This document shows positions 1-10,120 of a stretch of DNA of 64,000 nucleotides, piece by piece (the first letter of the stretch is position 1; each line of letters starts with the position of its first letter). The position numbers and the translations under genes were made by a program. The notes below the pieces were generated by a model. It searched no databases and was not told the origin of the DNA. It saw nothing but the letters and a program-made list of their open reading frames with translations. Origin of the DNA: Acidimicrobiia bacterium (GTDB lineage: Bacteria > Actinomycetota > Acidimicrobiia > IMCC26256 > BP-133); NCBI GenBank assembly GCA_044867425.1, contig JBIOUX010000167.1, positions 20,365 to 84,364 of the forward strand, given 5' to 3'.

Positions 1-978
1 TTCTCCTCCCACATCCACCGGGTGCAGCAGATCGCCCAGGCCGCCATGGAGTCGGGGCGGAGCGTGGCCTTCCTCGGGCGCTCCATGATCCAGAACGTGG
101 CCCTGGCCCGCTCCATGGGTCTGCTCCAGTTGCCCGACGACCGGATCGTCGACGTGGAGGAGATCGACAAGTTCGAACCGGGCGGCATCTGCGTGATCTG
201 CACCGGATCCCAGGGCGAGCCGATGAGCGCCCTGGCCCTCATGGCGGCCCACGAGAACCACAGGGTCAAGCTGGGCGCCGAGGACACCGTGATCATCTCC
301 GCCCATCCCATCCCCGGCAACGAGACGAACGTGTCCCGGGTCATCGGCGGCCTGCACCGGACCGGCGCCGACGTGGTGCACTCCGGGCTCGCCCCCGTGC
401 ACGTGTCGGGCCACGCCGCCCAGGAGGAGCTCAAGTTCCTCCTCAACCTGGTCAAGCCCGAGTACTTCGTGCCTGTCCACGGCGAGTACCGGCATCTCGT
501 CCACCACGCCCGTCTGGCCCGGGCCACCGGCATCGCCGAGTCCAACGTGATCGTGTGCGAGGACGGCGACTCCCTGGTGCTCGGCCCTGAGGGCATCGAC
601 GTGGAGCGGCGCTATGCCCCCGCCGGCTACCTCTACGTCGACGGCGTCGTCGGGGACGTGGGCCGGGGCGTGTTGCGGGACCGCCGGGCCCTGGCCAACG
701 AGGGGATCGTGGTGGTCATCGTGACGCTGGACGCCCACACCGGCGAGGTGGTGACCGGCCCGGAGATCGTGACCCGAGGCTGGGTCCACGCCCCCGAAGC
801 CGAGTTGCTGCTCGAAGAGGCCAAGGGCGCCGTGCTGCGCTCCCTGCAGGAAGCGATTGACGAGAACGCCCTCGACATCGAGACCCTCAAGCGACACGCC
901 CGCTCCGGCCTGTCCAGGTTCATCAACGAGCGGACCCGCCGGCGCCCCATCGTCGTCCCCGTGGTCATGGAGGTCTGA
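1..978 (+). CDS. rnj: Ribonuclease J, 5'-truncated by window edge
   Basis: Frame open from base 1 (FSSHIHRVQQ); motifs CTGSQGEPMSAL, HVSGHA, PVHGEYRH, RRRPIVVPVVMEV. Confidence 0.93.
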   Translation, partial: FSSHIHRVQQIAQAAMESGRSVAFLGRSMIQNVALARSMGLLQLPDDRIVDVEEIDKFEPGGICVICTGSQGEPMSALALMAAHENHRVKLGAEDTVIISAHPIPGNETNVSRVIGGLHRTGADVVHSGLAPVHVSGHAAQEELKFLLNLVKPEYFVPVHGEYRHLVHHARLARATGIAESNVIVCEDGDSLVLGPEGIDVERRYAPAGYLYVDGVVGDVGRGVLRDRRALANEGIVVVIVTLDAHTGEVVTGPEIVTRGWVHAPEAELLLEEAKGAVLRSLQEAIDENALDIETLKRHARSGLSRFINERTRRRPIVVPVVMEV

Positions 979-1072
979 CCGGGGCAAATCCGTAACGGTA
1001 CGGATCCGCCACTCCCCCCGATGTGGGAGGTTCAGCCGGCCGGACACCGAGAACACGACGTCGGGAGCTGCC

Positions 1073-4000
1073 ATGGCGCAGACGCGCGTCGTCGTCCTGG
1101 GCGCAGGCCTGGGTGGCTTCACCGCCGCTAACCACCTCTCGTCCAGCCCTGAGCTGCGGGACCGCTTCGAGGTCACCGTGTACCAGTGCGGCTGGCGAGT
1201 GGGCGGCAAAGGGGCCAGCGGGCGCAACTGCCACTCCCACCAGCGCATCGAGGAGCACGGGCTCCACGTCTGGTTCGGCTTCTACGACAACGCCTTTCGC
1301 CTCATGCAGGATTGTTACGGCGCCCTCGGCCGTCCGTCCGGCTCGCCCCTCGACTCGTGGCGGGCGGCCTTCGAGCCCTGCAGCAGCTTCGTGCTGTACG
1401 AAGCGAAAGGACGCGGCTGGGACCCGTGGGTCATCAACATCCCGGAGAACCGGAACCGTCCTGGCGAGCCTCGGCCCTTCCGGTACTGGCACGTGGTCGC
1501 CGTCGTCATCAGGTGGTTCCGGGCCGGCTGGGTGAGGCTCCTCGACGAGGTTCCTGGCCTGATGGGGCGGAGCTGCGGACGCATACTTCAGGAGCTGGCA
1601 GCATCCGCCCTGGCCAGAGCCGAGAACCTGGCCGCCCCCGCTTTCAGCATTGTGGGCGGTCCAATCGATGACGGCCTGGTCCAGGCCGAACGGGTGGTCC
1701 GGAGATGGGCGGCCGGCGTTGACGCCAGCCTCGTCGGCCGCCAGTTCACCTCGGCGCTGCGGGAGTTGAAAGATCTCGCCTGGCTCGTCGGGCGTCCGCT
1801 GATGGAACACCCGACACTGCGGCGCTATCTGTTCCTCTTCGACCTGGCAGTCACGACAATGCACGGCATCTCCCACGACCGCCTGGAGGAAGGCACCTAT
1901 GGAGCCGACGAGCTTGACCTGCGGGTCTGGCTCGACCGGCACGGGGCCAAGGCCGAGACGCTCGAGAGCGGGCCGGTGCGGGCTCTCTACGATCTGGTCT
2001 TTGCCTTCGAGGAGGGCGATGTCACCCGCCCCAACCTGGCGGCGGGCAAGGCGGTCGCCGCCCTGGTGCGCATAGCCTTCGATTACAAGGGGGCGATCAC
2101 CTGGAAGATGCAGGCGGGCATGGGGGACGTCGTGTTCACACCCCTCTACCAGCTCCTTCGCCACCGGGGGGTGCGCTTTCAGTTCTTCCACTGGGCCACC
2201 CAACTACGCGCCTCCTCCGACGGCCAGGCTGTGGATCGCATCGAACTCATCCGCCAGGTCGACCTCGCCGGCGGAGCGATCAGCTACGACCCGCTCGTCA
2301 ACGTGAAAGGCCTCGGCTGTTGGCCGAGCGAACCCAAGTGGGAGCTCTTGGCCGGAGGTCCCGAATTGGCCGCCCGGCCCCAGCCACCCGCCTTCGAGCA
2401 TGAGGCGAACCCCTTGGGACGGGCTGACGGCGCGGTGACCCTGCGCCGGGGCTCGGAATTCGAGGTGGTCGTACTGGCCATCCCGGTGGGGGCGCTCCCC
2501 GCGCTGTGCCCAGAACTGGTCGCCGCCAACGAGGACTTCGCCGCCATGGTCGACGGAGCTGTGACCGTTTCCACGCAAGCCTTCCAGTTGTGGTTCAACA
2601 AGCCTCTCCCCGAGCTCGGCTGGGGGTTCGCCGCCGACTCCATCGCCGGCGCCTACGACGATCCGGTGGACACCTACTGCAACATGAGCCACCTGCTCGA
2701 GCGGGAGGATTGGGCGCCGGATGAGGCGTGCAGTGTCGCCTATTTCTGTGGCGTCTACCCCGATCGCGCTGAGACCCAGGTGCAGGCCAACGGCCGGGCC
2801 AAGGGCACTGCTCTCGACTATATGGACACCCGTATGGGGCCGCTGTGGCCCGCCGCCGTGACCCAGGACGGGATCGGTCACATCCAGTGGGACCTGCTCG
2901 TGGATGACTCCGGCGCCAGCGGGCGTTCTCGCTTCGACGCCCAGTACTGGCGGGCGAACACCAGTCCCTGGGAGCGCTACGTACGCACTCCCGCGGGCAG
3001 TACCAAGACGCGGTTGCGATCAGACGAGTCCGGGTTCGAGAACGTCTTCCTGGCGGGCGACTGGACGCGAAATGGCATCGACGGCGGCTGCCTGGAGGCC
3101 GCCGTCATCTCTGGCATGCAGGCGGCCCGGGCCATCTCCGGGGACCCGCTCGCCATTGCCAATGAGGACAGCTGGCTCCAGGGGGCGTCGGCATCGATTC
3201 GGGAGGTCGAAATGGCGACAGCACCACCGGCGATGGTGGGGCGGTGGGCGGACGCGGCGGTCGGTGCAGGCGCTGGCTTGGCGGGCGCCGCCCTGCGCCC
3301 CCCCGTGCGACTTGTCCAAGGCCTTCGGCAGCTGCTGTTCAGCGGGCGGCCTCCGGGCGTTCCCGCCGCCCCCACGCCGGTGCCCTACGTCGACTTCGGC
3401 GGGCTCACCAATTTCCCCGGGCCGTATCGGTGCCAGGGCACGAAGCTGTGGGTATGGTTCCCCCGGGTTGACCAGAAGAAGGTGGCCGAGCTGTGCACCC
3501 GTGCCCTGTCCAGACCCACCGGCGGGGCTTGGCACTACCGGCCTGTGTGGCCCCGGGTCATGCTGACGTTCGGGGAGATCGCCGAGGTGATCCCCGAGCC
3601 AGTCCCCTTCGACAGCTACGGCTCACTCACCGAGCGCCAGGTCGCCTTGTGGGTGCCCACCATCGCCACTCGAGACGTCCCCGGTCCCTTCGACGAGGCG
3701 GCCGGGGTCGCCATGTTCGTCCCCTACATCTGGCTCGACAACGGAATGTCGTTCGCCACCGGGAGAGAGGGCGTCGGCTGGCCCAAGACGTCGGGCTGGC
3801 CCCAGTTCCCTGGCGACGACGGGCTGGCCAGCTTCAGACTGGACGTCTTCGGTCTGAAGAAGTTCGGCGCCCATCAGCACCCCGATCGCTACCCACTCCT
3901 GGAGGTCAACCCTCCAGCCGCGGCCCAAGAGGCCGGCCCGGAGTGGGTGGCGGGCGCCATCCAGGGTCTCGATGACGTCGTGGAGGCGCTGCGGGGCCTG

Positions 4001-4345
4001 GCCGGGGACAAGCCTCTTTTTCCGCTGGGACTGGGGCGAAACCTGTTGGAGTCCGTCCTCCATCGGCGGCTGCGCCAGGTGTTCCTCAAGCAGGTGCGAG
4101 GGGCCGGCGACGGGCGCCAGGCCGCCCTGCAGCAGATCGTGGAGGCCGCGGCCCGGGTCATCAAGATCGATCGAGTCAGCCGCCTGCCCGCCGCCGAGCT
4201 CGTGATCCATCAGGTGGAGAGCCAGCCGGTGACCCGGGAACTCGGCTTGGATTCGCAAGACCTCGACTTCGGGCTGTTGATCGAGATGGATTTCGTCCAG
4301 GAAACCGGAACCGTGGTGTGGGACGCCTACGGCCACCGAATCTAG
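1073..4345 (+). CDS. FAD/NAD(P)-binding oxidoreductase (carotenoid-desaturase-like fold) fused to a C-terminal acetoacetate-decarboxylase-like domain, ~1090 aa
   Basis: N-terminal GAGLGG dinucleotide motif, GGKGASGR, IEEHGLHVWFGFYDNAF, FLAGDWT..GCLEAAVISG; C-terminal third has ADC-like FVPYIWLDNGMSFATGREGVGWPK and QVFLKQ; ATG 1073 preferred over ORF-track start 857, which overlaps rnj. Confidence 0.7.
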   Translation: MAQTRVVVLGAGLGGFTAANHLSSSPELRDRFEVTVYQCGWRVGGKGASGRNCHSHQRIEEHGLHVWFGFYDNAFRLMQDCYGALGRPSGSPLDSWRAAFEPCSSFVLYEAKGRGWDPWVINIPENRNRPGEPRPFRYWHVVAVVIRWFRAGWVRLLDEVPGLMGRSCGRILQELAASALARAENLAAPAFSIVGGPIDDGLVQAERVVRRWAAGVDASLVGRQFTSALRELKDLAWLVGRPLMEHPTLRRYLFLFDLAVTTMHGISHDRLEEGTYGADELDLRVWLDRHGAKAETLESGPVRALYDLVFAFEEGDVTRPNLAAGKAVAALVRIAFDYKGAITWKMQAGMGDVVFTPLYQLLRHRGVRFQFFHWATQLRASSDGQAVDRIELIRQVDLAGGAISYDPLVNVKGLGCWPSEPKWELLAGGPELAARPQPPAFEHEANPLGRADGAVTLRRGSEFEVVVLAIPVGALPALCPELVAANEDFAAMVDGAVTVSTQAFQLWFNKPLPELGWGFAADSIAGAYDDPVDTYCNMSHLLEREDWAPDEACSVAYFCGVYPDRAETQVQANGRAKGTALDYMDTRMGPLWPAAVTQDGIGHIQWDLLVDDSGASGRSRFDAQYWRANTSPWERYVRTPAGSTKTRLRSDESGFENVFLAGDWTRNGIDGGCLEAAVISGMQAARAISGDPLAIANEDSWLQGASASIREVEMATAPPAMVGRWADAAVGAGAGLAGAALRPPVRLVQGLRQLLFSGRPPGVPAAPTPVPYVDFGGLTNFPGPYRCQGTKLWVWFPRVDQKKVAELCTRALSRPTGGAWHYRPVWPRVMLTFGEIAEVIPEPVPFDSYGSLTERQVALWVPTIATRDVPGPFDEAAGVAMFVPYIWLDNGMSFATGREGVGWPKTSGWPQFPGDDGLASFRLDVFGLKKFGAHQHPDRYPLLEVNPPAAAQEAGPEWVAGAIQGLDDVVEALRGLAGDKPLFPLGLGRNLLESVLHRRLRQVFLKQVRGAGDGRQAALQQIVEAAARVIKIDRVSRLPAAELVIHQVESQPVTRELGLDSQDLDFGLLIEMDFVQETGTVVWDAYGHRI

Positions 4346-4421
4346 GTGTGAGCAGCATCGGCGTCGGCCGGCCCCGGCTGGATGTCCGTTGTGCGCATGT
4401 TGCTGCTGTTACCTTTGTGAC

Positions 4422-6749
4422 ATGGCCTCGAGTACCAGACACCGGCCCGGGCAGTCCCGCCCTTCGGTGAAGCGCCGCCCGGCCGGCGTCCCCCGGCGCC
4501 CGGCCCGGACCAAGGCGCCCAAGCGGCAACCCCTGGTTCGCCGCCTACTCGCCTCCCTCGTCGCGTCTTTGGGCCGTCACGGCGAAGGGGTCCTTGGCGT
4601 GTCGCTGGCCACGGCCGCCGTCCTTGCCGCCATCATCCTCTGGTTCGAGATCCCCTTTACCGGCTTCGCTGACTACCTCGCGGGCGTCGCCCTCGGCATT
4701 GCCCGCTACGCCCTGCCCCTCGCTTTCGGGGTCTTGGCCGGAGTCGTCCTCACCGGCCGCCGTCACCAACTCTTCCGCTTGAGCATCGGCCTCTTCCTCG
4801 TCACGGCCGCCCTGGCGGGGGTGCTCCACCTCGCCCGATTCGACGGCGGGGGATCGACCTTCAACGCCTGGCGCCGGGCCGGCGGCCTCCTCGGCGGAAT
4901 GTCGGCCACGCCGCTGCGGGCGGCCGGGGGCCGGTGGGCGGCAGGGCTGGTCCTGGCCGCTGCCGGTGCCCTCGGCGTCCTGGTCGTGCTCCACCTCTCC
5001 TTCGGCCAGGTCGCCTCCGGCGTGAAGAGGGCCGGCATGCTGACGCTCGGCGCCGTGCGTCTCGGTCTCCGCCGGCTGACGACGCTCTCCGCCGACAAGG
5101 AGGCGGAGCCGGACGGGCCGCCGGCCAAGCCGAAGCGGGCGCGCCCGCCCAAGCCGGGCGCCGACGCCACGGGGGGACAGGCCGTCCCCGCCATCCCCGT
5201 CTCCGGCGAGAACCTCATCCTGCAGACGGCGGCCTACAAGGGGGAGAAGCGAGAGGCACACCAGCTCGAGTTGGGACTGCCCGCCCCCGACACGCGCTGG
5301 AAGCTGCCGCCCGTCTCGGTGCTCAGCCGCCGGGCGGCCAAGCCCATCGACCGCCGGCTCATCGAGAAGGGCGGCCAGGCCCTGGAGGCCACGCTGGGCG
5401 AGTTCGGTGTCGACGCCCGCCTGGTGGGCATGACCGTCGGGCCGACGGTCACCCGCTACGAGCTGGAGCTGGGGCCCGGTGTCCAGGTCAAGAAGGTCAC
5501 CAGCCTGTCGCATGACATCGCCTACGCCATGGCCAGCCCGGACGTGCGGATCATCGCCCCCATTCCCGGGCGGAGTGCGATCGGGGTGGAGGTCCCCAAC
5601 GTCCAGCGCCAGCTGGTGAACCTGGGCGACATCCTCGAGTCGGAAGAGGTGGTGCGGGCCAGCCATCCCCTCGAGGTCGGTCTCGGGCGTGACATCGCCG
5701 GGCGGGCCTGCACCGTCAACCTGGCCACCATGCCCCACCTGCTCATCGCCGGGGCCACGGGGGCGGGCAAGTCGTCGTGCATCAACTCGCTCATCACCTC
5801 GATCCTCATGCGGACCACGCCCGAGCAGGTGAGGATGATCCTGGTCGACCCCAAGCGGGTGGAGCTCGGCCAGTACAACGACGTGCCCCACCTGCTCACC
5901 CCGGTGGTGGTCAATCCCAAGAAGGCGGCCAACGCCCTCGACTGGGCCGTGCGGGAGATGGACCTGCGCTACGAGCTGCTCCACGAGGTGGGGGTGCGGG
6001 ACATCACCGGCTACAACGCCGCCTACGACCGGGGCGACCTGCGGGCCGACGAGGAGACGGGCACCACCTACGAGCGCCTGCCCTTCATCGTGGTGGTCGT
6101 CGATGAGCTGGCCGACCTCATGATGGTGGCCGCCCGGGACGTGGAGACGAGCATCTGCCGGATCGCCCAGATGGCCCGGGCGGTGGGCATCCACCTGGTG
6201 ATCGCCACCCAGCGACCGTCGGTCGACGTCATCACCGGCGTGATCAAGGCCAACATCCCCTCCCGCCTGGCCTTCTCGGTGTCGTCGCTGGCCGACTCCC
6301 GGGTCATCCTCGACGCCGCCGGCGCCGAGAAGCTGATCGGCCAGGGCGACATGCTGGTGGCCACCGCCAGCTCCAGCCGGGCGCAGCGCATCCAGGGAGC
6401 GTGGGTGGAGGAGGCCGACGTCCACAAGGTCGTGGCCCACTGGAAGCGCCAGACCACCGAGCTGCGCTACGTCGAGGGCCTGGCCGGCGAGGAGACGGAG
6501 GTCGGGAGGGAGGGTCCCGACCTCGACGAGCACGACGACCTGCTCGAGGAGGCCATGGAGCTGGTGGTCCGCAGCCGTCTGGGATCGACCAGCATGCTGC
6601 AGCGGAAGTTGCGGGTAGGCTTCGCCCGGGCGGGACGGCTCATGGACCTGCTGGAGCGGCGGGGGGTGGTCGGACCGTCCCAGGGATCGAAGGCCCGAGC
6701 GGTCCTGATGACCGTGGAAGAGCTGGAAGCGCTCCAGGAACGAAGCTAA
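4422..6749 (+). CDS. ftsK: DNA translocase FtsK
   Basis: N-terminal TM segments, GPTVTRYE, Walker A AGATGAGKS, VVDELADLM, ATQRPSVDVITG, gamma domain STSMLQRKLRVGFARAGRLMD. Confidence 0.96.
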   Translation: MASSTRHRPGQSRPSVKRRPAGVPRRPARTKAPKRQPLVRRLLASLVASLGRHGEGVLGVSLATAAVLAAIILWFEIPFTGFADYLAGVALGIARYALPLAFGVLAGVVLTGRRHQLFRLSIGLFLVTAALAGVLHLARFDGGGSTFNAWRRAGGLLGGMSATPLRAAGGRWAAGLVLAAAGALGVLVVLHLSFGQVASGVKRAGMLTLGAVRLGLRRLTTLSADKEAEPDGPPAKPKRARPPKPGADATGGQAVPAIPVSGENLILQTAAYKGEKREAHQLELGLPAPDTRWKLPPVSVLSRRAAKPIDRRLIEKGGQALEATLGEFGVDARLVGMTVGPTVTRYELELGPGVQVKKVTSLSHDIAYAMASPDVRIIAPIPGRSAIGVEVPNVQRQLVNLGDILESEEVVRASHPLEVGLGRDIAGRACTVNLATMPHLLIAGATGAGKSSCINSLITSILMRTTPEQVRMILVDPKRVELGQYNDVPHLLTPVVVNPKKAANALDWAVREMDLRYELLHEVGVRDITGYNAAYDRGDLRADEETGTTYERLPFIVVVVDELADLMMVAARDVETSICRIAQMARAVGIHLVIATQRPSVDVITGVIKANIPSRLAFSVSSLADSRVILDAAGAEKLIGQGDMLVATASSSRAQRIQGAWVEEADVHKVVAHWKRQTTELRYVEGLAGEETEVGREGPDLDEHDDLLEEAMELVVRSRLGSTSMLQRKLRVGFARAGRLMDLLERRGVVGPSQGSKARAVLMTVEELEALQERS

Positions 6750-6931
6750 TCACTCTCCGTGTTCGGTAAGTGACATGTACTCACGCTGCGCTCATAGTCT
6801 CTGAGAAATTTCCTTCCCCTTGAGCCCAGATGTGCCTATTGTGGCCTTTGTGACGGTTACGCACTGTTGGTACCCCCATCCAAGGGGTAGGTTGCTCGTC
6901 GCCGGGGAGAGGGTTTGACCGGGAGGGTCTG

Positions 6932-9010
6932 ATGAAGCGAGTCTCCGCAGCACTGGCTGTCGTCTCTGCCGTGCTTCTGATGGGCACGGCGTCCGCCAAG
7001 GTGCCCGACACGTCGGCCGCATCCCGCCTGCGCCAGCTGGGGATCATGCACCCCGAGGGCATCCCGGGGGCACCCGGTTCGGTCGCCCAACCAGAAGTCT
7101 CCGATCTCACCGATCCCGCCCCGGGTGTCGACGCCGGCGTGGTCAACACGGTCAACGACGCGGTCGAGAACGGCACGCCGCTGACCGACGAGCTGCTCGC
7201 CGGCCTGCCGCCGGAGGTGGCCGAGATCCTGAGCGCCCTGCCGTTCATGCCGGGCCCCGCCGCAGATCTCCTGCCGGTCCCACCGCCGGCCGGGCTGGCT
7301 CCGGAACCGGCGCCCGAGCCGGCACCCGCCGCGGAGCCCAAGCAGGAGCCGAAGTCGCCCCCGGCGCCGATCGTCCGGGCCCTGCCGAAGCTGCGGACGG
7401 CGGCCGGTGACCTGGCCAGTGTCTTCCCCGGCCTTCCCGCCACCGGCCACGCCGGGACGACGACCGGCAGCGTGATCCACGCCGACACGGTCACGAGTCC
7501 CGGCGACGGCACGCAGCTCGAGAAGATCGACGAGGCCTTCTCCGCTTCGACCTTCACGTCGTCTCCGATCTCGACGGCGCTCAACAACGAGTTCGCCCGC
7601 ATCACCTCCCAGGCTCTGGGCGCCAATTCCGGGTTCGGCCGGGGCAGCGGGCTCGAGGTCGGGCTGGCCCAGACGTCAAGCGCCGAGCCCCAGCTCAGCC
7701 TCCAGCGGGCCGAGGCCAAGTCGCCGCCGAGCACGCCCCTCGTCACCAACCAGACCGGCCCGGTCAACGCCGATCCGGTCGCCGCCGCCAGCGCGCTGCT
7801 GGGGCAGGCCCAGAGCCGGGCTGCCGCCGCCTGCACCACCGGTGTCGACCTGTCGTTCGGCCGGGGCTACGCCGCCGATGCCAACCTGGTCAGCAGCGGT
7901 AACGCACACCTCATCGAGAGCACGAGTCCGACCCCGCCCGCCCCGGCCGTTTCGGAGTCGAGGTCGGGGACCCGCCTGGTTCCGCAGGCGAACTCGACGC
8001 CGGGCCCCATCGCCAAGTTCGGGCTGCAGAGCGAGACCCGCCAGATCATCGCCCCGGTGACCTTCTTCAAGGGCACGCCCAGCGAGTTCACCCTCAAGTT
8101 CGCAGGGGAATGGGTGCTGCGGGCCGTCGCCGACGGCAAGGGCGTCGGCGATGTGTTCTTCGGGCCGGGCACGGTGGAGCCTTCCGCCCCCCTGCTGACC
8201 ATCCTCCAGGGCACCACCGTCACGGAAGAGCTCACATTCGAGGACCTCTTCGGTCAGACCGGCCTCAACGTCACCCTCCCCGGTGTGGCCGAGATCGCCA
8301 TCGGCGAGGAACCCCGGGCTATCGGTGGCAACACGGACTCCAAGCCGACGGAAACCACGACCTACGCGGCGGGTGCGGTCGACGTGGCCCGAGTGGTCCT
8401 GGGCCCCGACGGCGAGTTCGGCGACATCCGCATCGGGCACATGGAGGCGGCCGTCGCCGTCCCCGCCGGGGGTATCGAGTGCGGCATCGGTCTGGTGAAG
8501 AAGTCGAGTCATGAGATCGTGAGGCCGAGCGACTCGTTCACCTGGACCGTCACCGTCACCAACCCGAACGACTGCGTCCTGACCAGCGTGAAGGTCGTCG
8601 ACACGATCACCGCCGACTCGCCCATCCGCTACTCCCTCACGTCCTCCGATCCGAAGGCCAACACGGAGTCGGACAAGGGGTTGACCTGGAACGACGTCGG
8701 GCCCATCCAGCCCGGCGGGACGAAAGACCTCCTCATCAACATGAAGGTGGCGTCCAACTCGGGCGGCGGGCTCTTCCTCGATGAGGCGGTGGCTACCGGG
8801 GTGTGCGGCCCGGCCGCCGGGGCGGCCGACGCCGGCGTCGGTGTTCCTCTCGAAGCCCGGGTGTCCCTGAACATCCCCCGGGTGCTCGGTCTGGCCGAGG
8901 CGCCGCTGAAGGGTGAGCTGCCCCGGACCGGTGGCCTGCTCGCCACCCTGCCCGCCTTCGCCCTGCTCGGTGTCGGGCTGGCGCTGCGGCGCCTGAAGGG
9001 CCGCAACTAG
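6932..9010 (+). CDS. Secreted Pro-rich surface protein with DUF11-like Ig domain and LPXTG-type sorting signal
   Basis: Signal peptide MKRVSAALAVVSAVLLMGTASA; DUF11-like FTWTVTVTNPNDCVLTSVKVVD; C-terminal LPRTG + hydrophobic helix + RRLKGRN. Confidence 0.75.
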   Translation: MKRVSAALAVVSAVLLMGTASAKVPDTSAASRLRQLGIMHPEGIPGAPGSVAQPEVSDLTDPAPGVDAGVVNTVNDAVENGTPLTDELLAGLPPEVAEILSALPFMPGPAADLLPVPPPAGLAPEPAPEPAPAAEPKQEPKSPPAPIVRALPKLRTAAGDLASVFPGLPATGHAGTTTGSVIHADTVTSPGDGTQLEKIDEAFSASTFTSSPISTALNNEFARITSQALGANSGFGRGSGLEVGLAQTSSAEPQLSLQRAEAKSPPSTPLVTNQTGPVNADPVAAASALLGQAQSRAAAACTTGVDLSFGRGYAADANLVSSGNAHLIESTSPTPPAPAVSESRSGTRLVPQANSTPGPIAKFGLQSETRQIIAPVTFFKGTPSEFTLKFAGEWVLRAVADGKGVGDVFFGPGTVEPSAPLLTILQGTTVTEELTFEDLFGQTGLNVTLPGVAEIAIGEEPRAIGGNTDSKPTETTTYAAGAVDVARVVLGPDGEFGDIRIGHMEAAVAVPAGGIECGIGLVKKSSHEIVRPSDSFTWTVTVTNPNDCVLTSVKVVDTITADSPIRYSLTSSDPKANTESDKGLTWNDVGPIQPGGTKDLLINMKVASNSGGGLFLDEAVATGVCGPAAGAADAGVGVPLEARVSLNIPRVLGLAEAPLKGELPRTGGLLATLPAFALLGVGLALRRLKGRN

Positions 9011-9031
9011 AAGCGGGCACATCCGAACGCG

Positions 9032-9067
9032 ACAGCGGGGCGTCTCGAGGAAGAGACGCCCCGCTGT
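9032..9067. terminator. Intrinsic terminator hairpin between convergent genes
   Basis: Perfect 15-bp stem ACAGCGGGGCGTCTC / GAGACGCCCCGCTGT, 6-nt loop, followed by TT. Confidence 0.8.
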
Positions 9068-9095
9068 TTGTGCGCGGTAGGCGCGTGGCTTGGCG

Positions 9096-9419
9096 CTAGG
9101 CCGCCCGCAGGCCCTTGGAGCCGCCGAGGGTCTCGTCGGCGGCGGCCCGGTCGTGGGTCATCCAGCCGAAGAGGGCGCGCCAGGGGCTGGTGAGGCCGGC
9201 CACGATGAAGCCGGTCATCCACATGCCCGTGTTGGCGTCGCGCACGGTGACGCCGAACCCGTTGAACACGGAGTAGTCGAGCGCCCACACGGCGGCGAGA
9301 GCGAGAATGAAGGTGAACAGCGAGCGGAACCCGGCGATGGCAGGGACCGCACCGTCGATGAAGTCAACGACTTTGACGACGGCGAGAGCCAGCAGCGCCA
9401 CGATGGCGAACTGGTACAT
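9096..9419 (-). CDS. Small membrane protein (107 aa), function unknown
   Basis: Strong SD (CAGGAGGTG) upstream of ATG, host-like codons, several hydrophobic segments. Confidence 0.75.
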   Translation of the reverse strand: MYQFAIVALLALAVVKVVDFIDGAVPAIAGFRSLFTFILALAAVWALDYSVFNGFGVTVRDANTGMWMTGFIVAGLTSPWRALFGWMTHDRAAADETLGGSKGLRAA

Positions 9420-9446
9420 GCAACACCTCCTGGGAGAGTTTTTTCA

Positions 9447-9468
9447 TCGGGGACACCCCGAACCCCGG
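9447..9468 (-). repeat. Short palindromic repeat family R27, intergenic copy
   Basis: Reverse complement reads CCGGGGTTCGGGGTGTCCCCGA, identical to the dapD copies. Confidence 0.8.
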
Positions 9469-9568
9469 AGAAACCTTCATTGGCCTCTCAACGAATTGGA
9501 CTGGGCAATGTGTCCAGAGGTGACATTCTGGCCCGTTACATTTGTCCAAATTGGACATGGCCCTGCGG

Positions 9569-10018
9569 CTAACCCCCGTTGTTCTGCAAGCGGGTGCGCA
9601 GCTCGTCGAGGAGGGAGCCGATGGCGGAGAGGTGCTCCTCGATCCGGGCCACGTAGGCCTCGGGCGAACTGTCGGGCACCTCGTCGTCCACCTCGATCTC
9701 GTTGATCACGGCTTCGGCGAACTCGGCCTGCGCGTCCGGGACGAGGATGGTGCCGGTGGCGTCCGCCCCCGGGCCGGTCCACTCGACCATGACCGAGATG
9801 CCGGCCGACTCGAGGCGGCGGCGCAGGATCTGGGCCGACAGGCGGGGGTAGTCGCCCATCTCCACCAGGTCGGTGGCGTCCAGCACATCTTCGTCATTGT
9901 CGGCCGGCTGGGCGTCGGGTGGCTCGGCCACCAGGGCGACCCGGCAGTCGCTGCAATAGCGCGAGCCCACGGTGTACTCGGCTCCGCACGACGGGCACCA
10001 CACGGCGGGGGCACTCAT
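9569..10018 (-). CDS. Zn-ribbon plus DUF2007-like hypothetical protein (149 aa)
   Basis: CPSCG..YCSDC ribbon followed by LRRRLESAGISVMV; lies at the 3' end of the long ORF-track frame 9569..11299. Confidence 0.65.
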   Translation of the reverse strand: MSAPAVWCPSCGAEYTVGSRYCSDCRVALVAEPPDAQPADNDEDVLDATDLVEMGDYPRLSAQILRRRLESAGISVMVEWTGPGADATGTILVPDAQAEFAEAVINEIEVDDEVPDSSPEAYVARIEEHLSAIGSLLDELRTRLQNNGG

Positions 10019-10120
10019 GCACGGCAGTCTACGAAAGGACCGGGCGTGCTGGAGGTACGGCTCGTGGCGGTGAGGGTCGTAAAGGGGGGAAGCGGCGGGG
10101 CCCGGTACGCTTAGCTCGTT

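Noticed and set aside
857-1072. Upstream extension of the oxidoreductase ORF
   Set aside because: Overlaps rnj out of frame; the dinucleotide-binding motif begins right after ATG 1073.
6849-6864. CRP/GlxR-like site TGTGA-N6 upstream of the LPXTG gene
   Set aside because: Second half-site (CGCAC) matches TCACA poorly.
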